Shown here: positions 39,146 through 50,365 of the stretch, piece by piece
Layout: each line of letters begins with the position of its first letter
Numbering within the stretch: position 1 is the stretch's first letter
NCBI GenBank assembly: GCA_964187785.1
Contig: OZ076409.1
Span: 6,574,001-6,638,000 of the forward strand
DNA length: 64,000 nucleotides
Reading direction: 5' to 3'
Source of the DNA: Amphiscolops sp. MND2022
Lineage: Eukaryota
The notes under the pieces: generated by a model
What the model was told of the DNA's origin: nothing
Seen by the model: the letters and a program-made list of their open reading frames with translations, nothing else
Databases searched by the model: none
Program-made: the position numbers and the translations under genes

Positions 39146-39668
39146 TTTTATTATTTCTGCGATAGCAGGAATATTATTGAAACCTCAAGATTTCTACTTT
39201 ATTTAGTAAAATGTTTGTCGTGATACTGAAAAATTCAGATATTTTGTTCAGCAGTGACTATAAGCGTGAGAAATAAATTTCTCAAGCTGCTGACGACAAT
39301 TCTACTCTCGTGCGATGGAACGAGCGAATGGTAATTATGCATTCGTACGCTGACGTCATTGAGATGAAGCGAGCGAATGTTTGTAATTATGCTTTCGTGC
39401 GCCGAGTTATTGAGATGAAGCGAATGAGTGTTAATTATTTGTTCGCAGAGGGCTTCGCCTGCAGTCAAATGCTAGTGCGAAACTTCGTCTACGCTTAGTA
39501 GCTATATTTTCTTTAGTCCGAGATTTAAAGGCGGTATAAACTGGTACAATAATTAATTGTCCGCTAAGTAATGATTAAACAGGAGTGTATTGGTATTCCA
39601 GATATGATTCTATTATTCATGAAAGATTAAAGCAGAAATAATAGTGTGTCTCGGAGGGGCCTATTTTT
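39146..39668. mobile_element. HINE-like family 3 copy
   Basis: Family termini, diverged. Confidence 0.65.
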
Positions 39669-39911
39669 ATACATGAAATTTATTTACCTAAAATAACCTT
39701 AATTAGCAGAGATGCTTAATTTCAAGAAGCAATCTTGGCTAATTTTTCCAAAGTTCCGGGTTTTGTTTTATTACCGCGATTGGAAGTCGTCAAGGCACAT
39801 AAACCATTGCATTCAATAGTTGCATTCTTCTCAATCGCTCAGTTTCAGAAATTTTGACGAAAGTTCTAAATTTCTTTTTTTAAAGTTTTGGTCACGTTTT
39901 TGTTGTTTCAG

Positions 39912-40053
39912 GATAATTGCAAGAAGTATAACAAGCAATTGCAGGCGCTGAAAAGCAACGAAGTGGAAATATATTCGGAGTTGTACAAATACGCCGATGA
40001 GTCTGCCAAGGCCAAATTTCTGGCCGGTACAGCCCAATCGAATCTCGACGAAG
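39912..40053 (+). CDS. BIN3: BIN3-like exon 2
   Basis: DNCKKYNKQLQALKSNEVEIYSEL...; ttcag acceptor, gtgcgt donor; phase-compatible with exons 1 and 3. Confidence 0.7.
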
Positions 40054-40794
40054 GTGCGTTACAATTAATCGGCGCTACATAGATACAGTGACATTAAATC
40101 TTTTTAACAGATTTTTTATCAATAACCAATTGGGGGAGCAGGATTAACGTCTGAAGCCAAGTGATGCTAAATCATGCGTATTCTCAATCTTAATACATTG
40201 GATTTTAGACGTTATTCCCGAAACACTTTTAGGCGTTATTCGCGCCCCTAAACCAGCTGAAATTTTTAAAACCGAAACTGTTAACCCAATTTTTGCCATG
40301 AATCTGAATTTAACCAATTATTTAACAACTTTTTGCGCATTAGGGTTGACTTTCATGGCCATTTTCTCAAAGTTCTTGAAAACACAATATGAGTGGTTGA
40401 GAGTCCGGAAAAGTCCGGGAAAATGAATGACTGAGAAAAGAAGCGAAAATTTGGACCATGTTTTTCTTTTCCCCAGATACCTCTTGTTTCGACCCCCGCC
40501 AACACGAAAGCGCATTTTATTCGTGAAGAAAAATATTTCACTAATAAGAGATTTCAATACGGTTGTAGAGACTTAGAGGATTGTCTCTACAACTGTTTTG
40601 ACAATTCAGGCAAAAATGACCCTAAATTTTTGATATTGTCCAAAAGAGCAAAAATTCACGCTTGGAACAAGCTGAAATTGTATAAAAAGGCCCCTATTTA
40701 AACGCAAATTTTCTCAGCAGAGAACCGAAAAACTTGAACATAAATTAAACAAAGAAGGAAAGGTGAATGATGAATTTGAATTTTGTTTGTGTAG

Positions 40795-40943
40795 TGTTGA
40801 CCCGAGAAGTGAACGAGCACTCGAGTGTGGCGGAGGAGTGTATGTTGCAGCCCCTGAAGAAGTTGGCCAAGCTCGTGCCCAACGAGGTCAAAGACGCCAT
40901 CAAGCGGCGAGAAACGGCCGCCGACAAGTTCGCTTCTGCCAAA
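40795..40943 (+). CDS. BIN3: BIN3-like exon 3
   Basis: MLQPLKKLAKLVPNEVKDAIKRRETA resembles BIN3 VIEPLKKF...AVKRREQA; tag acceptor, gttagt donor. Confidence 0.8.
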
Positions 40944-41026
40944 GTTAGTCACTCCCTCCCCACACACATTCATCCATCACCGTCTGACGATTACCCCAGT
41001 CAAATCCCCCTTAAACTAATTTATCG

Positions 41027-41277
41027 TTATTTTCCGCCCCACAAATTTTTTTTGTGTTTGGAGGTGGAGAATAATAATCTGTTTTGCGTTTTTTTTACAA
41101 ATTCTGCCAAATCTCCACGATCTCCGTTCACTTGAGTTAGTCACTATTTTATTTACTTTGGCTCTTTTGGTAGTGCATCCGCCTGTCAGGCAGTAGATAT
41201 TGAGTTCGAATCTCGCTTTCGCCTCTGACTTTTCTAAGAAGGCGGAAAAAATCCCGGTGCATAGCGGGCGTCTTGTT
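41027..41277. mobile_element. HINE-like family 2 copy with tRNA-like segment
   Basis: ttattttccgcc ... ggcggaaaaaatcccggtgcatagcgggcgtcttgtt; internal gagttcgaatctc B box. Confidence 0.6.
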
Positions 41278-41434
41278 CATTTTAAACAGTGTAATGACTA
41301 CTTTCTTCAAGAAATTTATGTATTTAGCCAATCAAAATTGTATTTGGACAGAGTTGAACGTTTTGAAAGGTGTTGTCAGTTCCTTGAGTTCAGCAACTTT
41401 TGCCGTTGGTGGGTAATCCAGCCTGGATACGTTA

Positions 41435-41609
41435 GACAAGAACCTTCAAAATGGTTGAAAGGTTCCACGAGCTGAAAACTTTCCTAGACAACCGTGATTT
41501 CACAGAAGACAAAAACCTTCTGAGAAGGTTTTTGTCTTCTGTGAAATCACGGTTGTCTAGGAAAGTTTTCAGCTCGTGGAACCTTTCAACCATTTTGAAG
41601 GTTTTTGTC
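41435..41609. repeat. Fold-back palindrome, 87-bp arms, 1-nt spacer
   Basis: Arms are reverse complements centred on 41522, with one mismatch. Confidence 0.95.
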
Positions 41610-43129
41610 CAACGTATTTCATTCCGTGGCATGTGATGTAAATTTGTATGCTTTTGGAACTTTCCAGCCAACTTGGGATTTCGTAGTTTGAGCATCAGCG
41701 AATTGACTTTGTCTAGAATTGAGTTTCACGGTTTTTGAAACTCTCTGACGGCCAAATTGAATCGATGGGAACCGCACCCGATAAGTGGTAGGTTACATTT
41801 GTGGGCAAGTGCCTTGTTGGTAGATACATTGTCGCCTATCAAGGCAACGACATTGTCAATGGTTTTACTGTAAACAGTCAGCACCCAAATCAAATACTCC
41901 ATGTGTTCATTTCCCCGTAGTCGGTTTCGGAAAAAATAGGAGAAAATGCCATTAGAACTTTGTCATACCCAGAAGGTTGATTCTTGTTGGGAAATGTGAC
42001 GAATACCCCAACAAAATGTGTGGACACCTTCGATCAACTGTCGAAAATGAGTGTGATTTTATGCGGCAACAACTTAGCGATCTTTGTTTCAACTTGTTTT
42101 GTGAGCAAGGACATGTATTTTTGTAAGGTTTCCGTTGATATGGGATCGAGTTTGATGTATTCTCGGATGAGTGGGTCCTCAACAAAATCAAAAGGTCGCA
42201 ACCTTCGCACACCATTCGGATCCAACCATAAATATTGCGAAACAGATTTGGTTCTCATTTTTTCCTTGGAACTCGTGGCTTCGGGATGTTGCGTATTGAT
42301 ATGATTTAACAAATTGCTCCATCCTGTGTTCTTCTGCTCAACGGTTTTGCTTCATTTGCATTCACATGTCCCACTGTCAGAGTTGGCTGAAAAAAGTCAT
42401 GGCTTGTTTAATACATGTTTTAAACAGTGTTTAAAACACATGTATTATTTCAATGTATTTTTTCAAATGTATTTTTTCAAAAAAACTGACTTGTCGTTCT
42501 TTAATCCTTACATGTCACTGGTGCTATGATATGCGGTTTATGTTTATCAACTGGCTAAAGTAGCAAGTTTTATTTGCATTTCAGATAGATTTGTAAACAT
42601 GAGCGGGGGAGCGAGAGACAATACAGGTCGTAAAAGGGATGCCATATGGAGCGAATTCACACTGATAGCCCCAAATAGTCAGACTGATTTATAACGATAT
42701 GTTTTATCATCAATGATTTGTAATCATTTTGTTTTTTGTTTTTGGAAAAATACAATTTTGAAAAAATACATGTTTTAAACGTTTAAAACGTTTTAAACGT
42801 TTTTTTTCAAAAGTTTTGTATAAAACACCAACCCTGCCCACTGTCGTTGTTTTCTTCGCTAAAATACTGCATGCAAATAGTCTTGGGTACAAGTTGGCGG
42901 ATAGCATCGCTTTTGGACATCGTGAAGGAAAACACGTAACAGCTGCAAGCAGTTAGTGGCCAAACACTCTGATTAAAACAAATAAAACTCAAGTACTCGT
43001 TGCGGAATCAGCTGCCAAAACGGTCAACACAATTATTTGCAATTAATTTCCATCAGCAATGAATTATTTGATAATTGGTGAAACCGGAAATGAATTAATT
43101 TAATTGCAATTAAATTTTCGGAACCCCTG
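41522..43129 (-). mobile_element. Truncated, frameshifted hAT transposon (transposase pseudogene plus one end)
   Basis: Minus-strand motifs ITLIFDS, VALIGDNVSTN, PLIGCGSHRFNLAV and NEIRW; terminus caggggttccgaaaa at 43129. Confidence 0.8.
42378..42836. mobile_element. hAT MITE nested in the hAT transposase gene
   Basis: TIR cagagttgg/ccaaccctg; perfect 8-bp TSD cccactgt (42370-42377, 42837-42844). Confidence 0.85.
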
Positions 43130-43210
43130 CGAGTCATACAACCAGTATTTTCGATATTGGACGATATAACGTTAAAATGCAGTAAATTGAATCCTGCTGT
43201 TTGAGACCTA

Positions 43211-43750
43211 TTTTTAGTCGGCGCATTTTAGTAGAAAATGTGCCCGACTATTACAGTGGGTAGTTTTTTTTGGACACGAAAAGTCCACTTTTTGTTCATT
43301 TGTTCAACAACCTCCACAACTTCAAACCTCAACAACTCCAACCTCAGAAGCGTCCAAAACGAAAAGAAAAAACAAAACAGACGTCCACAACCTCGAAATC
43401 ACACTAAGGATCCCCACTTTTTTTCGGAACTATGCGACTTTTTGAAACTTTTTGGATTGAAATTTTTTCACCAAAGGGTCCCCCCTTCAATTTTTTTTGA
43501 TGTTTTGCAACACAATGGATGTCAAAAAATCGCAAAGGGTCCCCCCTTTTACATTTTTCGGCACTGTGACACTGTTCAAAAATCTCATTAAAAAAATTTT
43601 TCGGAAGTTTTTTCATGTCTCCAAAGGGTCCCCCCTTCAATTTTTTTTTAATTTTTTGCAACCAGCTGGAGTTTCACAAAGCCCGAAGGGTCCCTCTTTT
43701 AAATTTTGAGCCTTAGATATGGCGCCGACTTTGGCCGTTCCCGGCTTGTT
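43211..43750. mobile_element. HINE family 1 copy
   Basis: tttttagtcggcgc ... gcgccgactttggccgttcccggcttgtt. Confidence 0.7.
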
Positions 43751-44447
43751 ACACTTGCGATAAGCAAGTGTTATGGGAAAGTGCGGGTGCTTTTTTTTCC
43801 GCGCGACAACTCTCTGATTTCACGCAGCAACTCGCACATTTCACGCGTTCGTGGTCTAGTGGTAAGATGCTTGCTTTTCAACCCAGAGGTTTCGTGTTCG
43901 AACCCGTGGTTATGCGCTAATTTTTTTACAAGTATTCCGAAGCAGAAGGTTTGACATTTTTCGGCACTATGAGACTTTTCGGCTTTGTGAGACTTTTTTT
44001 TCGGCTTTGTGAGACTTTTTTTTCGAAATTTTTTAATGTCCCCAAAGCGTCCTCCTTTCAATTTTTTGATATCTTGCAACAGAACGAATGTTATAAAATC
44101 CTAAAGTGTCCCTTTATCACATTTTTCGGCACTATGCGACTTAGCGGAAACTTCAAAAAAATCGAAAAAATTCGGAAAATTTTTTCTCAATTTTTAGTTT
44201 TAAAAGACAAGAATGGGTTTTTTGCTGTTTTCAGTTGGGGAAGAATGGTTTTCGAGGCTTACGCGTATCCCTTCGGGTATTTTTTGGCGCTGTAAAATTG
44301 ATGAAATTTTAATCTCCTTTTACCCTTGGTTTTCCGTATGATATTGCTTATTTGGTTTTCTTCAAAAGTTCGCAAGTGTTTGCGAAGCACGGCTTCGCCT
44401 CTGTGTCTAAATTTGGCTGTATGAAAAGTCACCGTTTTTAATTGCAG

Positions 44448-44690
44448 CGCAACTTTGACGAGCTGGAACGAAACCGGGACAAAGTGATGCAATACAAACT
44501 GGAGAGAGCGGCGAAAGACGTCGAAACGAACAAACGGGAGTTCGAAACGTGCAATTCCAATTGTTCCAGGGACCTCAAGTTTCTGTACGACGTTCGCAGT
44601 GACTACATCGCCCCCTCGTTCGAGACCCTGGTACATTCCCAGAAAGCCGTGTTCGACTCCATGGAAGAGTGCTACTCTGAGATCTTGCAG
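44448..44690 (+). CDS. BIN3: BIN3-like exon 4
   Basis: KLERA..REFETCN...LYDVRSDYIAPSFETLVHSQ resembles BIN3 FYGSRLDYFQPSFESLIRAQ; GC donor. Confidence 0.82.
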
Positions 44691-45116
44691 GCTATTTTTT
44701 GTTTTTCCCCCCACCACCAAATTTTTTGGAAGTACGTTTCCTTAAATTTCAGACGAGCCTAATTGAAAGTAAAGTCTTCTTTCAATGAACAAGTGTCTTC
44801 TTTCACAGGAATTTAATGTCTATTGGAATAGTTTTTTGTTTGAACAAAACATTTTTCACGCATTTTAACTATAATTACGTTCTTATTCACTGATTTTTGC
44901 ACTCAAAACAGGAAGTTGTTGATTTCTTTTCCAAGAATGCGTGAATTCATTAGGAAAAATAATGTGAACAAAGTTTGTATCTCAATTCCAAACTGTCACA
45001 CTGTGGAAATGAATGAAAATTGAAGGTTTCTGTTTTGTATTCAAGTCTTTTTTAAATAAAAATTTTCACTAATTTTTCAATAAAAAAATGGTGGTGGGGG
45101 AAAACAGAAAAGAGCC
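44690..45116. mobile_element. MITE/Introner forming BIN3 intron 4
   Basis: Imperfect ~29-bp TIR starting ggct; perfect 8-bp TSD atcttgca at 44682-44689 and 45117-45124. Confidence 0.88.
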
Positions 45117-45125
45117 ATCTTGCAG

Positions 45126-45227
45126 AGTGTCGACCCACTTTCGACTGAGAGCAGCATCACGAACAGACTCGATTCAACTTTTAAAGACCTTACCTCTCTG
45201 TCCATAGTATCCGCTGAGAAGCCATAG
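45126..45227 (+). CDS. BIN3: BIN3-like last exon (not in ORF track)
   Basis: SVDPLSTESSITNRLDSTFKDLTSLSIVSAEKP*; LSIV matches the BIN3 C-terminal LRALSIV; in frame after the tgcag acceptor. Confidence 0.75.
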   Translation, partial: SVDPLSTESSITNRLDSTFKDLTSLSIVSAEKP

Positions 45228-45352
45228 TGTACAGTGGTGATATTGTTAAAAGCAGCCCTTAGACAAATCTGCCGATCGAATATCACAAAAACGATTTTTG
45301 AAAAAAATGATAAAAGTGAAAGTTTCTTAGATTGTTACCTTGTTTACAAATC

Positions 45353-45523
45353 CAGTGGATCCCAGTTATAGTGAACCTCTGGGAACCGCTCATCGCTGTT
45401 CACTACATCCGGGATTCACTATAAACGGGCTAAGCTGATACTAGTAAGCAAATAATCGGGACCGCGCGTTCTCTATTAGCAGGATCCTACTATAACCGAG
45501 TTCACTATTACCGGGATCCACTG
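45353..45523. mobile_element. Tc1/pogo-like MITE
   Basis: cagtggatccc..atagtgaac / gttcactat..gggatccactg followed by TA. Confidence 0.65.
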
Positions 45524-45877
45524 TATGTTTGTTTTATAATTATTCGATGAAAATTGTAGTAGTCACAATATGTCAAAATTGTTGTGAAATCAAGAAAATG
45601 TTAAGTATGTCAAACTTTGAAAAACTAAAAAAGTGATGTTTTGGAATTAGCTTTCGACCAATGAAAGGAGCGCGAGAGACCTTAATCAGCCATTGATATT
45701 TGGTTCTTTGCTCTTTCCGCGTGTGTATGTTGCTTTTAATAATATCACTGCTTTACAAAGTTTTGTAATTTATATGTAAATATGTCTACATGGGCCATTC
45801 TAATAGATGTATATTTCTATATCCTTTGCAATATCTTTCCCGTTTCCTGCTTGAATTTATATCTAGATTATCTTCAT

Positions 45878-48115
45878 GGTTACCATCATTGAACCAAGTT
45901 ATGCTGCCTGAGGTTATTGATCGATTTCGTAAATGATGAATACTGCAGCCGCATAATGAAAACTTCTCATTATGATCATCGCTACTGTAGTCTTTTTAGT
46001 CGCCGCTTTCGTAGAAAACGCGAACTCAGTAGTAGCTTTGTTCTCACTCACTTAGAGGGGGAATAATATCTCAAAGTCAAAAAAGGGAATAAGATCTAAA
46101 ACTTCAGGACGGGAATGAGATCTAAAATCACTAAATTGTAAATCCTATTCTTTAGACACTATTCCCCCTCCCAAAATAGCTATGGCTCAGTTGGTGAAGG
46201 CGAAGAGGGCGGAAAATATCCCGGTGCTTAGCGGGCGTCTTGTTTTAAAACTGACAGTTGTGTATAAATTTTTATAACTTTGCTTTCTGATAATTTCTTG
46301 CACCACTCAGGCCTAGGGGTTAGCGCTAAGAGTGACAGTGGCTGAGAGCAGGAGTTCGTGAGTCCGAATCCCGGGATGGTTTTTTGATTTTCGCAAAAGT
46401 AAATGAGATCATAACCCCTGTTTGGGTTTTCGGAGCTGTGCGACTTTTTTGGGAAACGTTTTCATTTGATCAAAAGGTACCTTCACTTTTTGAAGCGTTT
46501 CCGGTTTGGAATAAAATTTTGCAAACCTGAAGGGTCTCCTATTGGGTATTTCGGCACCTTTTTAATGAATTTCTTTGTTTTCAGTTAGTTAAGGAACAAG
46601 TGTTTCTCGAGTCTCAAGGGTATGCTTTCGGGTAGTTTTGGGAATTTTGATATTTTTAGTCCCTTTGCAAATTTAAATAGCTATTGAACCTTGAGCGACG
46701 CGCCGACTTACCGTATATTCCGGCGTATTTTTCCAAAATTTTGATTCTGAAAAAACAGTCTTCGTTTTATGTTCGTCGTATAAGCCCCCTCCCCAAACTT
46801 TTGACCACCAAAATTTCAAAAAAAAACGTGCTTTTACGCCGGAATAAACGGTAGGCCATTACCAGCTTGACTTGTTCATTGTAAAACAGCTGATAGACAT
46901 TTGAACAAATGATTCCGATGAAACTATTTTTAAAGAAATAATGGTCATAAATTATTAATTTTTCATCACGAAAATAATCGTTTATTCTCAGGTAGGGTTT
47001 AGGGAAAAAATTTATTTCACATACCTAAAATAATTCATTATTTTGGCGCCTAATAAATTGGGTGGTGAAGTAGGTGGAAAGCAAATGAATATCTGTGGAC
47101 GTTTATTTAGCCCTTCGGAGCTCAATCTTGGGTAATCAAGGCACAACGTCACACCAATGCACTGGGAGATATCGAGTTGTTCTTATCGGTGAACTGTGAA
47201 TAAAAAATACTGCGATGCCGAATTGATTTCAATTTTTGTTTTTGAAAATGCTTTGGAATCTACCATTATTTCCATTGTTCATTTAAAAAACATGGAAATA
47301 ATCATTATTGTTATGGAGTCTCTGATGGGGTTGAAAGTTGAAACAGCAGTTACCAATGTTGGTACTGGTTTTGATGGAACGCTGATTCGTTCAACTTGGA
47401 ATCGAGTTTGAACCGCTTTTTTAGGCGAATCACGATCGGAGAAAAAATCACCGAAAGAGTTTGATACAGCACGTTTCGTGATTTTTTTTTGCATTGAAAT
47501 GCCGGGTTTTTGCTAGTTAGGAAAACGTTTTAGAAAAAACTCGAAAAATATTCTTGGCGCTTCAGCCACCAAGGTTTTTCGAAGGTTACCATCATTGAAC
47601 CAAGTTATGCTGCCTGAGGTTATTGATCGATTTCGTAAATGATGAATACTGCAGCCGCATAATGAAAACTTCTCATTATGATCATCGCTACTGTAGTCTT
47701 TTTAGTCGCCGCTGTCGTAGAAAACGCGAACTCAGTAGTAGCTTTTCTTTTTATTTTCCGACCCCACATTTTCAATGGGGGAGGAAAATCATGATCTGTG
47801 ATGCGTTTTTTCCCAAATTTTGCCATAAATCGACTCTTCACTTCATTCACTCTTCTCTACCTACACTCTCTCATTCACTTTGTTCTCACTCACTTAGAGG
47901 GGGAATAATATCTCAAAGTCAAAAAAGGGAATAAGATCTAAAACTTCAGGACGGGAATGAGATCTAAAATCACTAAATTGTAAATCCTATTCTTTAGACA
48001 CTATTCCCCCTCCCAAAATAGCTATGGCTCAGTTGGTGAAGGCTAAGAGGGCGGAAAATATCCCGGTGCTTAGCGGGCGTCTTGTTTTAAAACTGACAGT
48101 TGTGTATAAATTTTT
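45878..48115. repeat. Direct duplication (45878-46273 and 47584-48115) including a HINE family 2 element
   Basis: Near-identical blocks; the first lacks ~135 bp present in the second. Confidence 0.85.
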
Positions 48116-48796
48116 CATTACAGTGGGGTAACCGGCAAGGCCTTCCAAAACTCGGAAAATGTTGGGCAAAAACTCGGGAATGCATGGGCGAGTTTTGTTG
48201 TTCATAACTGAAAATCTCGGAAACGCATGGGCGAAGTCAACTAATTGTTGAACATAATCTGTCCATTCGTTTCCCACCAAGTGTGGCCTTTCAATTTGAT
48301 AGAAACTTTGAATACATATCAAAAAATGTCCGAGATATACCTAATCAACTAAAGATAAGGATTTGCCGATTATCAGAATTTTAGTAAACCCTTCCCAGGT
48401 ACTTTTTTTCGAAATAAATTTGAATAATGATTATCAAGCTTCCATGCTTCTCATCATTCCACCTTAAATCGAACAACTCTCATTTAATATAATTGAATAA
48501 GCTTAAACTCATACTATATATCAATCAATAGGAAGATTAGGAGATTACAAGAAGATTAGATTGGTATCATAAGATCTTTCCGGGGGCTTGTCTTTTTGAA
48601 CAATTTAATCCTCATTACTTTTTGTTTGACTCAATTGTTTAATGTTATTGTTGTCAATTATTACAATGTCGCTCCACTACTGTTCTTTTGCCCCAAATCG
48701 AAAACAAAATGATTCACAAGAGACTGATTCAATTAAGAAACATAATGGAAAAGATATCACAATTGTTATGGCAATGGATACAAAAAATGAATAAAT

Positions 48797-50365
48797 TTAA
48801 AAACTAAACTGACTTCTGCAATTATTGGCTGCGGAACGACGATATTCGTCATCGCCATTTAAATTGTCCTGGAAACAATCGATAGATACTCGCACAGTTT
48901 TCAGCAGAAAATCGTTGTTAATTGAAAATTTTAGGCTTTTGATAATGTGGCAGAAAGTTTTAGGGAAGATTGGTGGGAGCATATCCCATTGTCGGCCTAG
49001 GGTACTGTCCCATTCTGCATTTTTGTGGAACTTTTCTGAGTCAGGATCTATATGAAATTTGACTTGGTGTCCAGAACCCATTAAAAAGATATTCTTGGAA
49101 ATTTCGTCAACCAAGCAAATGTCCTGATTCATCATTGTGCGTTTGGACTGGGATATCCCGACCAAACGTTTCAGCGCTGACAGGTAATGAAAAGCTCTAT
49201 TCACAGGTGAACAAGCTGCGGACAAGTCCAGAGCTTTCTGCTTCATGTAGTTTGCTTCTGTCAACACTAGCTTTACAGCTGGGTAAGTGATGGAGTAGCA
49301 TATGTCTTCTTCATCGACCAGTTTCGCCATGGCCTTCTTCATCTCCACGTCGAACCATATCTTCTCCAATTTCATCGTGAAGACCGTGCTCCTAATGTTT
49401 ATCGTAACGTGGTCACCTGATAACAGAATGCGAATATTCAGTTTCATTTAGTAATAATAATTTATTAACCACTTGAGAAAGATTTATGCGACAAAGTTTC
49501 TATAAGCATGTAAATTTTTCGAGAGGACGCTCGTGGCAAAAAACTTGGTTTCAGTTTTTTTGTTTGATTTTTTTTAGTACCGTAGAAGTTAGACTAGTAA
49601 TAATCAAATTGATCATTTACCTGCTGATGCAATACCATTTTCGCAGGGTACAAGGTCCAGAAGTTCGTCTTTCTCGGCAAGACTCGCAATATATGCGGCA
49701 ATATCAATTTTCTGTCTGGGAGTGGTTATAGTGGGTTCTGGTTCTGCATCTGTTTCTACTACTCTCTTTTTTTGCCGCGATGGTTGGACATCTTCGGGCT
49801 CCGAATCAAACTCTGAAGGCTGCCTCGTGTCAGGATGAGTCCAGTTCTTCGGACGAATTTGTTCATAGTCGATGAACTGGATGTCCTTTGTGCGCCCGTC
49901 GAAGGAAACAGCCATATTTTGCTGGAATGGGTCATTCATGACAACATAACCCGAGTTCAGCAGCTTCGACTCCTCGGCATCTTTTCTAACCTCTTCCAAA
50001 CTAGGAATGTCCGCTGGTGATTTCCGTGATGTCCCAGTGAAAAAGATTCTGTCCCCTAGTTGGCGCTTTCTTGGGTCGGGGATGTCAAAAACGGTTTCTG
50101 CTGGCTTCTTGGATTTCCGGCGACCGCGGACATCTTGTAATACTATACATTTTCTAACCGGCCAGCAATTTTGGGGTGTGTTGGGGGACACTTCAATTCT
50201 GTCTGATCCGAATCGCTTCACAAGTTTATCGGGCCAATTGAGGTATTTCACTCGGATTCCAAATGATCCTTCAAACCCAATGATGCGAGCATCTTCCCAA
50301 ATTTTTGTTGCAGGATCCAAAACTTGAACTTGCTCTTTCATATCAAAAACACTGATGAAATCCAT
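48797..50365 (-). CDS. Tudor/chromo-barrel-like protein, two exons (50365-49621, 49416-48797)
   Basis: N-terminal EQVQVLD..KIWEDARII......IRVKYLNW is a Royal-family barrel pattern; cag|gtaaat donor and tatcag|gt acceptor join the two track ORFs in frame. Confidence 0.6.

Noticed and set aside
29759..40794. TIR/TSD geometry at SF3B3 introns G-H and H-I and BIN3 introns 1-2
   Set aside because: Canonical GT-AG with no convincing inverted repeat or 8-bp duplication at the ends
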